From: Trichodelitschia bisporula
Taxonomy: Eukaryota
Direction: 5' to 3'
Assembly (NCBI GenBank): GCA_010356995.1
Contig: ML996704.1
Span: 124,001-188,000 of the forward strand
Length of the DNA stretch: 64,000 nt
This document shows, in pieces, positions 37,391 through 48,440 of this stretch. The notes under the pieces were generated by a model. That model made no database searches, was not told the origin of the DNA, and saw nothing but the letters and a program-made list of their open reading frames with translations. Within the stretch, counting starts at the first letter, position 1. Every line of letters starts with the position of its first letter. Position numbers and translations under genes: made by a program.

Positions 37391-40300
37391 TTTGACTGCT
37401 CGCCAGCAGTGTTGCTCTGCGGCAGATGGCGGCTAGAAACCGCACCAGGGCATTAAAAGAATAAAAGGCAACGAGAGAAACCGGCTCAATCGCGTCGCCG
37501 TCGGCTACCAGTCCGCAGAAAAGAAGGTGCAGAACCAGAAGCCGTAGGAGCAGCAGAGTATAAGGGTAGTGGCCAATCTCCCCCAGAGGCTGAGATCCAG
37601 TTTCGTAACAGCCGATGGCGCACGGGCTATGGAGCCGAATTGCCACCCTGACAAGCAGCCATGTCGTCAGGGACAGGAACCGTAAGGACGCCGTGAACCA
37701 TCGTCGCCAAGATATTGCTCCACGTTTCATAGGACTCGAGCGACATTGGTGTCGTTAGGACCTTGCTCCGGGCACGGCTGGGTTCGCGGTCAGCCTTGCC
37801 ACCTCGGCGATAGCCTATCTTCAGCTCTCATCGAGTCACAGCATAAAAGCAATTCGAGAACTATTCCTGATAAATCCGCGTTGGATTCTTCCCTTTCAAC
37901 GGTCCAGAAAAGCGCGCCTCGATACGCATACCGGCAGTTTTCGGGAACTACAGCGACATGACTCTCCAACCATGGCGTTTCCCGAACTCAAGAGTACATC
38001 CTCAGGCAGCGTCGACACCGTGCCTGTTTGTCACGGTACTGAAGGGATTTACTTTTGCTGCGGGGTGGAGGGGTGCAAGACATGGGAGGTGGCATAAATT
38101 TACTCCCGCCACTCTGAAACGCGCAGCACTCCAGACTTCAGCGGACCGATACACAACCTGGCCCGCCCACGATTGGCCACCAAGAAGAAATTCTCCGCGC
38201 GGGGGATTTTGTTGCGCCATTTGCGGGCGTGACGCAGGGGCGTTGGGCGAGACAAAACTTCATGTGTGCGAAATGTTCAGCCTAATTTGTCAAAGTTGTC
38301 TGATCGCTCTAAGTCTGCCGCTGGGATACTTGTAAGTCCTTGCCTTGTACAGCGTGAATAGCGATATAATGAATTCGTTATGTCGAGGTTCCCTAGGAAA
38401 AGTTGCAAAGTGGTCATGGAGAAAGTCAAAATTCAGTGACTGATGGGACCAAGGAAGAAGCTTCACTGTGGCTGTCATCTCCTTGAACAATCGCGGCAAA
38501 GGACAGTTGCTTGGTAAAGGCAATCTTTACCCCCACTACAGAGTAAAGAAGCCACCAAGTCGGCAGAGCCAGCTTCCGCCCACTGGTGGGGGCCGGAGGT
38601 TCCCTTTCGAGGCTGTGGGTTGATTGCGCGAAACGTGTGGAGACCTACGGGCTATGATGGTGAGAGCATGGCGTGTGTGAACCTGAGAATAAGGCAGTCA
38701 CCACGGACACTTTGCCAATGCTGGGATTTGAACTGTGACAACGGCCATGTTCCGAGAACATCTCAGCGCTTCTACCCAAAGCACTGCCCAAGAGAAGGGT
38801 CGTGATGTTCGATTTCCCCGGTGTTTGCCGTATCGATTATATGAGCCCAAACATTATGTGAAGTCCCTGGGAGTCATGGCAAATTTGGCATAGGATTGTC
38901 CAGAACCATGGATTTGAGCCGTCAGACGTGGAAGGCTGATCGTGCCTGAGGTTGATATCAAGATCCAGGCTTGATACCAGGCCCAGTCCCCGAAGACTGC
39001 ACCTCATGACCAGAAGATCGGAATTGGAAGGCGAAGATAGGCCACGGGCCCTCCATCCTGGAGGAGGGAAGGCAAAGGCCTCCCAAATGGGCAGAGGCTA
39101 GGAAGGGATTTGACGCAATACCTTGACGCAATACCCTGACGTTCTGCACGGGACCAGTGGGAGAATGCTATCCCGTTTCCGGATAGCACTTGGCAGGCGC
39201 TCTCCGCCACGGTGTCGAAGGCAAGGAGCTCGTGCAATGATGAAGGTGATTCTGTTCTTTGTCCAATATGAAAGGGAGATCCGCATGGCCTGGCCATGAT
39301 TTGTCGGTCTAGTTCGCCGTGACGTTCTAGAAGCAAGGGTCGAGAACATCGCATAAAGAACGAGTTTCGAAACGGCATCCAAGAGCGTCTGCGGCGAAAT
39401 GTGAAAAATAGTCAAGGTATTTGAGCACTGTGAAACTGGAGGACGCGGCCTTGGCTTCAGCGGGCGGACCATGGGATGCCGGCTGATCGTCCTCAGCCGG
39501 GCAGGACGACACGGAGGACAAGTCTTTGGGCATTTCAAAGCCAGTGTGGTTGTGCACGTCCGCCTTATCAGCACATATCTGTTGTGCACAGAAGTTTGAC
39601 CTACTCCTTGACAACAGGCCTCTACATGGCCACGGTGCCCATTTAGGTTTCTCTCGAGGCACGTCCTGTCAGATGCCCACAGACACTGCTGCGCAGCTGG
39701 AAGTCTCTTCACATCAAACGGAGCCCGTGAAAGATACGCCCAGCAGTATTGTTGTGAGGCGCCACTGCCGTTCGGCCGTATTTGCCAACAGGCGCTGTGG
39801 TGGTGTGGTCATGACGTTCAGTAATCTCCGCCTCAAGTCGAGCGGGATCTCATGTCTGCTTTGAGTCGCTGCCTGAGTCGTTGTTCGTTGTCTGTGGTGG
39901 CCTGAAATGAAGGGCACTGCAGAGTTTTCAGGAAGATTGCAAGGCAACACGATCAAGGACGAGGTGCGAGGAGACTTTGACAAATAGCTAAGCTGCCTAC
40001 CACCCAAGAGAGGATGCTGTCACCTATGCAGAGATGCAATATATCATAACCGCGCTCCTAGTGGTGCATTCGTCCACTGCCAACGGTACGGACGGCGGCT
40101 CTGCGTGCTGAGAAACTACAATCGTGTGAGTGGTGCAAAGGTTTGTCGCGACCGTCGGTAAGGAACAAGGTTTCATCGGAAAATCCTCAGCAGCTCCAGC
40201 TACGGCGCGTGTTGATCTAGAACATATGATAGAGGAGAAAAAGGTGGAAGAGCAATCCAAAGCCTCCTACAATAAATGTTCGAATGAGTGAAGAAGAGAA

Positions 40301-40489
40301 GATGAGGTTGGCGGCGCTCCGCCAGTTTTTGTAGGCAGCTCGCTTGAGCTCGGGCCAATCAGAGCGGAGCCATTGCCGTTGGCCCCGGCAGGGAACGACG
40401 AAGCCAGACGACGCGGCATCAGTGCCGCTCAACAACCCGCAACCACCACCCATCTCCGCCTCCGATTGCGCGTTCTCCAGTCCCCCACG

Positions 40490-42929
40490 ATGCTGCGACA
40501 TCAGCTGCTGAGGACGCTGCGAAAGCCTCAGGGCCTCAGCACCGTCAATGCCTCCCGCTCCTTCAGTGCAGCCAGCTCGCGGAGGGCCGAGGTGGAGCTT
40601 ACCATAGGTACGGTGACATTGTATGCTGTGCAGTTCGCCACTGACGAGTTCTAGATGGCAAGAAGGTGTCAATAGAAGGTGCTTACCCTCAAGAGACTGC
40701 TTAATGACCGCCTCTAACGTCTGCAGCGGGGTCTGCCCTCATCCAAGCCTGTGAAAAAGCCGGCGCCACAATTCCGAGATACTGCTATCATGAGAAGCTG
40801 ATGATTGCGGGCAATTGCCGCATGTGTTTGGTGGAGGTTGAGCGGTCCCCGAAGCCTGTCGCCTCGTGCGCGTGGCCGGTGCAACCAGGCATGGTGGTCA
40901 AGACTAACTCGCCCTTGGTGCATGAAGCTCGTGAGGGCATCATGGAGTTTCTGCTCGCCAACCATCCCCTCGATTGCCCCATTTGCGATCAGGGTGGCGA
41001 GTGCGATCTCCAGGACCAGTCCATGCGGTACGGCTCCGACCGTGGCCGCTTCCACGAGATTGGTGGCAAGCGCGCGGTCGAGGACAAGAACATGGGTCCG
41101 CTCATCAAGGTGGGTGTCTCCCCTCAGTCCTGACGTGGAGCCTAACGATTCCAGACTTCGATGAACCGCTGCATTCACTGCACCAGGTGTATCCGGTTCG
41201 CCAACGACGTCGCCGGTGCTCCCGAGCTAGGGTCGACTGGGCGCGGCAACGATATGCAGATCGGTACCTACCTCGAGAAGAATCTTGATTCCGAGATGTC
41301 CGGCAACGTGATCGACCTTTGCCCTGTGGGTGCCCTTACCTCCAAGCCGTACGCTTTCAAGGCCCGTCCGTGGGAGCTCTACCACACCGAGACGGTTGAT
41401 GTGCATGACGGGCTGGGCTCCAACATCCGGGTGGATTCTCGAGGCATGTCTATCATGCGCGTTCTGCCTCGTCTCAACGATGACATCAACGAAGAGTGGA
41501 TCAATGACAAGACCCGGTTCGCCTGCGATGGCCTAAGCACTCAGCGCCTCACTATCCCACTGGTTCGCCGTAACAACAGCTTCGAGCCCGTCACCTGGGA
41601 GCAGGCCTTGGTTGAGGTTGCCGATGCTTACAAGCGGGTCAGCCCCAAGGGTGATGAACTCAAGGCTATTGCTGGTCAGCTCGTCGAGACGGAGGTGTTG
41701 GTTGCCATGAAGGATCTTGCCAACAAGCTCGGCTCTGAGAACCTGGCGCTTGACCAGCCCCGTGGCAGCGAGCCTATCGCACACGGCATCGACGTCCGCT
41801 CAAACTACTCGTTCAACTCCAAGATCTCCGGTGTGGAGGAAGCGGACGCTATCCTGCTGATCGGTACGAACCCACGTCACGAAGCCGCCGGCCTCAACGC
41901 TCGCATCCGCAAGCAGTGGCTCCGGTCTGACCTTGAAGTCGGCCTTGTCGGCGAGGATTTCGACAGCACGTTCGAGTACCAGAAGCTCGGTGCTAACGCC
42001 AAGGATCTAAAGACCGCGCTTGCTGGTGAGTTCGGCAAGAAGCTGGCTGCTGCGAAGAGGCCCATGATCATCGTCGGCAGCGGTGCGGTGGAGCACGCGG
42101 ATGCCGAGAGCATTCTGGAGACGGTGGGCAACTTCGTTGAGAAGCACCGTGACAACTTCATCACTGCTGAGTGGAAGGGCTATAACGTCCTCCAGCGTGC
42201 CGCTTCGCGTGTCGGGGCCTACGAGGTTGGCTTTACGGTTCCCTCGCCGGCTGTCGCCAACACCAAGGCGAAGTTTGTTTGGCTCCTCGGAGCGGACGAG
42301 GTCACGGAGGCGGACATCCCCAAGGACGCCTTCGTGGTCTACCAGGGCCACCACGGCGACAAGGGCGCTCAGATTGCGGACATCATCCTGCCCGGTGCCT
42401 CCTACGTGGAGAAGTCGGGCACGCTCCTCAATACTGAGGCCCGTGTCCAGATGACCCGTGCGGCCGTCAGCCTGGTCGGCGCGGCGCGCGAAGATTGGAA
42501 GATTATCCGGGCCGTCAGCGAGTACCTTGGTGCTCCTCTGCCTTACGATGACATTGAGGCTCTGCGGGACCGCATGGAGGAGATTTCTCCGGCTCTGCGG
42601 CGGTACGACGTGGTCGAAGACACTGGCCTTGCAGTTCTGAGCAAGGTGCAGTTGGTCGACCAGCACAAGGGTGCGAAGGCGACTGGGGAGCCGCTGAAAA
42701 AGGTCATTGAGGATTTCTACTTTACTGATGTCATCTCAAGAAGGTATGCATGTCGTTCTACTGGACACTGACACTTGCTAATTTCTGCAGTTCCCCAACC
42801 ATGGCTAGGTGCTCTGCCGCGAAGAAGACAGGCAACCCGCTCACGAATTTCATGGCGCCGGGCGAGCCGAACCCTCAGGTGGAGTACGGGCCGACGGATA
42901 GTCCCAGTGCTCTGGCTTCGGGTGGCTAG
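40490..42929 (+). CDS. nuo78: NADH:ubiquinone oxidoreductase 75/78 kDa Fe-S subunit (NDUFS1 homolog)
   Basis: Mitochondrial presequence, [62 protein letters not shown]. Four short introns. Confidence 0.97.
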
Positions 42930-43092
42930 ACTAGAGTAGATGTACACCTAGTTACGTGTTTTGGGCGGATTCGCCGGCGCAGCTGTATATACAAGCAATT
43001 CGTAGCCGGGTGCATTTGAAAGCATAAGCAGCACTAATTCGCTAGGTGGTTGACGGATATGCATAGGTTATGTACAATCGGGACGGAGAGCT

Positions 43093-43670
43093 TCAAGATT
43101 CGGACCTGACCTCACTCTGAGGCGCCGGCTCGCTGGACACGTCCTTTTCCCAAGGCTTTCTCCTCACCGTCCGCGTCGCCTGAGTCCCCTGGCCCTCAAG
43201 AACTGTATTTGGGATTTCCTTGATTCCGGGAACTGGCTTGCCCGTCTGAATCATCTCGACAATGTCCTGGTAGGAAAAACGTGGGGCTTCGGGCGCGGGT
43301 GGTTCAGCCGAGGTCTGTAATAAGGGATCCTCAGCACTCGCAGCAACAGTGCCGTTGAATCTCAGTGATGGAGGAGGCAAGTGCTTCGCCTGTCGCCACG
43401 CCTTGTACCCGTCAAAGTCTACGCTGGTATTGAACTTTCTAGATGTGGAGTCAGTGGCGCTCGCAACACGGAGCGGCTAACCGACCTGGAGTAGTAGAAG
43501 CACCGCGCTCGCAGTGTCAGTGCGGATGCCTGATCTGGCGTTGGGTCTGGCCCCAGAATGGCGCTCAGCCCGCCGTGGAACTCTTCATCGACGTCCCATG
43601 GGTACTGTTCGACTTGCGCGAACACATCCTCGGCTGTGGGGCAAACGGACGTTACGGCTGCGGAGGCCAT
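43093..43670 (-). CDS. PEX39: PEX39-like protein (C6orf226/YJR012C family, KPWE motif)
   Basis: YPWDVDEEFHGGL..IL...ARCFYYSR-K N-terminal helical domain, then SYQDIVEMIQTGKPVPGIKEIP...RRKPWE. One intron at ~43438-43484. Confidence 0.8.
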
Positions 43671-44063
43671 TGCGGGGCTGTTTTGGATGTTTGGGGTTGT
43701 TTGATGTTACACCTGTTTGGCAGAGAGCAAGCTGGCTACATTGGAGGGATTGGGAATAGATAGGAAGCCAAAAGGCAATGTGGTTGCGCTCGTCTGGTCG
43801 GATGGTTACAAGTTAACCATCGCGTGGCGCAGCGGGGCAAGCCACTCCATATCGGTACTGGCCAATTGGATTCATGCATGGCATCTCAAACGCCAAGGAC
43901 ACTCACGTGTTGTCCCTCGCGCATGGGGGTGCGACACTCGGCCGCTGACTACAGTAGCGCCCGGGAGCGTTGCGGATTGCTGGGGCAGTGAAGTGAAGCC
44001 AGAATCACCCTCCGTCCTACACACTCGACACCCCCATCGTCACTCTCTCCATCGCCGTTCGCC

Positions 44064-45563
44064 ATGTCGCAAACGCAGCAGTTGGAGCACACCGACTCGA
44101 TAGAGAGTCAGGACCCTCACTCCCAGAACAAGAAGAAGAAGGCGAAGAGCCGCAGGCCCGCGAGTACGTCCTCCCCCGGGATCACCGGCTGCGAGCGCGT
44201 TCTAACGCTGTGATAGATACTGCGTTCCGCCAGCAGCGCCTGAAGGCATGGCAGTATGTTTGTTCTGGTGAAGTTAGCGCGCGGGTGCTGATTGCGACAG
44301 GCCGATCCTCACGCCTAAAACCGTTCTTCCCCTCTTCTTCGCCATCGGCGTCATCTTCGCGCCTATCGGCGGCTTGCTGCTGTGGGCGAGCTCACAGGTG
44401 CGTCTGGCAATGAGAAATAAAGGCGGGCTAACACCGGTTAGGTCGAAGAACTTGAGATTGACTATTCGAACTGCGTCAGAGACTCCCCTCTCAACAGCTG
44501 GGCTACCATCCCCGACTCGTACGTCCACAGCAGCTTCCGAACGTCCAACTTCACCGGCCGTAAGAAGCCCGAGTGGCAGCACTTCACGCGGCCAGTGCAG
44601 TACGAGAACAATGTGACCGTTCCCGACACCAACATCTGCGCGCTGCAGTTCGACATCGAGCATGATCTGAAACCGCCTGTCCTCCTTTACTACCGCCTCA
44701 CGAACTTCTACCAGAACCATCGCCGCTACGTCAAGTCGTTTGACCAACAACAGCTCAAAGGCGACGCGCGGAGCCCCGACCAGATCAAGAAGAGCGACTG
44801 CGATCCGCTAGAGCTCGACGAGGACGGCAAGCCCTACTACCCGTGCGGCCTGATTGCCAACTCCATGTTCAATGACACGTTCAACAGCCCGCAGCTGCTC
44901 GGCAAGGCCAACACGACGTACATCATGACCAACAAGGGTATCGTTTGGGACAGCGACAAGGACCTCTACAAGGAGACCAAGTACAAGCCCGACGAGATCG
45001 TGCCGCCGCGCAACTGGCGCCGCAAGTGGCCTGCGTACAACGAGTCCATCCCTCCGCCGAATCTGCACACGGACGAGGCGTTCCAGGTGTGGATGCGGAC
45101 TGCCGGCTTACCCACCTTCAGTAAGCTGGCCCTACGGAACAACATAGCCCCGCTTGTGCAAGGCCGGTACTCGATTGAGATCTGGGATGGTGAGACAAAC
45201 TTGAGAGTTCGAGATTTTTAGAAAATGCGGATCTGACCATTGACAGAATTTAACGTCACGCTGTACTCCGGCACCAAGTCGCTGCTCATCTCGACAAGGA
45301 CCGTCATGGGCGGCAAGAACCCCTTCCTTGGCATTGCTTACATCGTGGTTGGCGGCCTGTGCATCTTACTGGGCGCGCTCTTTACGGCTACGCATATCGT
45401 CAAGCCTAGGTGGGTGGTGCTAAGCGTGCGTCAGGTTGCCTTCGCTAACAGCGGCAGGAAACTCGGTGACCACACCTATCTCACTTGGAACAACGAGCAG
45501 CCGGCGGGGGCGAGCGCCGCCACTGCGACGGGTCGTAGCGTTCGGCCCAATGACTCGGCTTGA
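44064..45563 (+). CDS. CDC50: CDC50/LEM3 family P4-ATPase flippase beta subunit
   Basis: [82 protein letters not shown]. Five short introns. Confidence 0.95.
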
Positions 45564-46152
45564 TTAAGGCGATTTTACGGGTTTTGAGTGTTGGCGTTCC
45601 GGTGGTTTGGGTCTGGCGGGAGTTGGTATTCAGTGTTGTTCGTTTGTTAACTGTGTGTGTGTTCACCGTCTGTCGGTAAATGTGAAGTACCATTCCTCGG
45701 GTTTCGTTTCTTGCAAGTCCTGCCGCACCGCGCTGCCTTAGTGCCGATCTTTGACATTCTCGATTTAGGGGGATAACCCTGCGCATGGCGAGGGACGGCG
45801 TGTGAGCGCGCGCGATGTCTCGCACTCAAAACAAAGCTTCGCCTACGCTTTCATGAGAGACAACACGAGTCAGTGCAATTCGACTTCCTCGTCGTCATGT
45901 ATTCCTCGGGTTACCGTGTGTTGACGTCCTCCGAGAGGCCCGTCTTTCTCTCCTCCACACACACACGATGTTTTGGAGCAGGCAATCCAGGCGCCGGGCC
46001 TACGTATCCCAAAACGGGCATATAAAGCTCTCCCCGGGCCCATCTTCACCCCTCCACGCGGCCCTCATCGCAACATCCACCACTGATCCTCAACTATACG
46101 TTAAAGATCCACAGTACATTCCACTCCCCGCCAGCAAGTCCAAAAGCCCCCA

Positions 46153-47096
46153 ATGCGCGCCCTCCTTACCTCCTCACCTCCCTCCTCCTTGCGTCCCCCC
46201 TCTTCTTCATCCTCGCCGCCGCCGACGCCGATACGCCAGGTGCTAAATACACGCACTTCGCCTGCGGGCACGACGCCTCCACCGCCTCGCCCGAGTTCCT
46301 ATCCACCGTCAAAAGCCTGCATGACGCCCACAAGCCCGGGCCCGGCTCGCCCGCCGTCCGCGCCCGCTCCATCGCCTCAACCCTCGCCCCGCGCTAGATC
46401 GCCACCATCCCAACCGTGTTCCACATAGTACTCACGACCGCGCACAACGGGACCATCAACGCCACCCACGTCGCCGGCCAAATCGCGGCGCTGAACAAGG
46501 CCTACGGGCCCCGTGGGGTTTGGCTTCGCTTTGCTGAACACGACGTGGACGGTTAGTGACGCCTGGGGCGTGGCGGGGGGCGCGGCGATGGGCGATGTGA
46601 AAAAGGCTCTGCGGGTGGGGGGTTACTCGACGGTGAATTTGGATTTTGTGAGCGATCTTGATGGGGCGTTTTGGGCCTTGCTCTATGCCGACGGCGGTGG
46701 GGGCGGGGGGTTCAGTGATTATGGGTGCGCGGTCAACGCGNNNNNNNNNNNNNNNNNNNNNNNNNNNNNNNNNNNNNNNNNNNNNNNNNNNNNNNNNNNN
46801 ATGATGCGAGGATGACGGCGGTGCACGAGACGGGGCATTGGCTCCGGCCCCTTCATGTTTTCGAGGGGGAGACGTGTGGTGGTGACGGGGACTTCATTGC
46901 GGACACGCCGGTGCAGAGCACGAGTACCGACGGGTGTCGGACGAGTCCGGAGAAGGATTCGGGTTCTAGGTTGCTCGGGGTGGATTCGGTGCATAATGTG
47001 ATGGATTATTCGGCCGATGCGTGTTATACGGGGTTTAGTCCGGGGCAGGTGGAGAGGATGAAGACAATGTGGGGACTGTATCAGGGGGGGAAGTAG
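46153..47096 (+). pseudogene. M43 (pappalysin-like/Mep1) secreted metalloprotease, disrupted
   Basis: [32 protein letters not shown]...FSPGQ.ERM. Frameshift in the signal peptide, TAG at 46395-46397, further shifts near 46513 and 46670, and an assembly gap inside. Confidence 0.75.
46741..46800. other. Assembly gap (60 N)
   Basis: Run of n characters. Confidence 1.
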
Positions 47097-48440
47097 GGTG
47101 TTTGCTTGGGGGGCGGGAGGGGGCAGGGTGTTTGTAGATATTGTCGGTCGCTTGGAATTTATGATTGCGTTTGAATGGCTTCGGATTAACTTGGGTTGAC
47201 TGTCATGGGACCAGATACTGGTGACCGGTTCCCGTACGAATCCCGTCAAAGTATGGGCAAGTCCTCGAAATTCACCTAACGTCCTCGACCCTAACCCTAA
47301 CCCTAGTCCTCCTCTCAGCCTTGCCGCCGTCAATCCCTCTCCTCCTCCTCAAACTCCCACTCACTTCCCTCCGCCCTCACGCACCTCACTCCACTCCTCC
47401 ATTCCAGGGGCCCCTTCCAGCCCCCGAAAAATGCCCTTACTCTGCCCCTCCGCCCGACCTCAACGTCATCCGCCTCCTACCTCATCTTTCACACCATCGC
47501 AACCAGGGTCATAAAGAAGCTTTATGTCTCAAATCCACATTCCCGCCCATCAAAATCTAGACCCCACCCAGCCTGCCTAGACCCTCGCCCGGCTCGGTCC
47601 GCGCGGTCTGACCGAGGACAACAATGCGGAATGGCGCGACGTTATACGAACCAGGCCGCTGGGATTGGGTGTACCGAGGAGGCGGGTGTGATTGGGGTTT
47701 ATGTATGAGGCGGGAGCTTTCAAAGAAAGCGTCTAGAACTTCAACTCGTTCAAAGGCAACTCTGCAGAACCCACAAAGGTGAGCATGGGCTATTAGACTG
47801 GGGGTCTAGACTCTGATGACCGTTGGGGCAGGAGGACAAAGGTGAGACCTCGTACGAGTCGACTCCGCGTCCTGGTTGTCTGATTGACGCTTTCGGCGCG
47901 CGGATAAGGCGGTTGAAGAAAAAGACATGACGTCCGCACTGTTCGCCTTGTCTGCAGGCGCGCGTCTGCCATCAGGGTCTGGATTTCGGTTCGACTGCAT
48001 TAGAATACCCGAAAGTACCGTCTATCAAATATCCTTCCTATGCGCATCGTGACCTCTCCTCCCTCCCCTCTCCCCGCTCCTCTCTCAAAACTGCCACATC
48101 GTACCAAAGTCGCACTCAACCCCGTCTTCATTCATAAATCATAACTTTTTACCCCCAATGCCATGCCATGCCATGCCATACATAAACCCATCAGTCATTA
48201 CGCGTCATAAAGCCCCCATCGTGAACATCCCGAGACCGTGAAACCATCAAAGTCAACGTCAACCATGAACCCCCCCTCTAGAAAAACACGCCCTAACAGA
48301 CGCACCCATACACACGCAAATGCAAATGCAATCCTCCTCTTCCCCCCTTCATGATCATCGTACACACTCCGCCCAAACCATCCACCACAAAATAGATACG
48401 TCGAAGGCAATCACCCCCCCAATCGTACACCACAAACCCC

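Noticed and set aside
38200..38335. Cys pattern CAIC...HVC...CQSC in a short ORF
   Set aside because: Spacing does not fit a defined zinc finger and there is no supporting gene structure.
47289..47305. (CCCTAA)x2.8 telomere-like repeat
   Set aside because: Fewer than 3 units in a C-rich tract; plausible by chance and there is no subtelomeric context.
48158..48179. (ATGCC)4 microsatellite downstream of byr4
   Set aside because: Ordinary short simple repeat.
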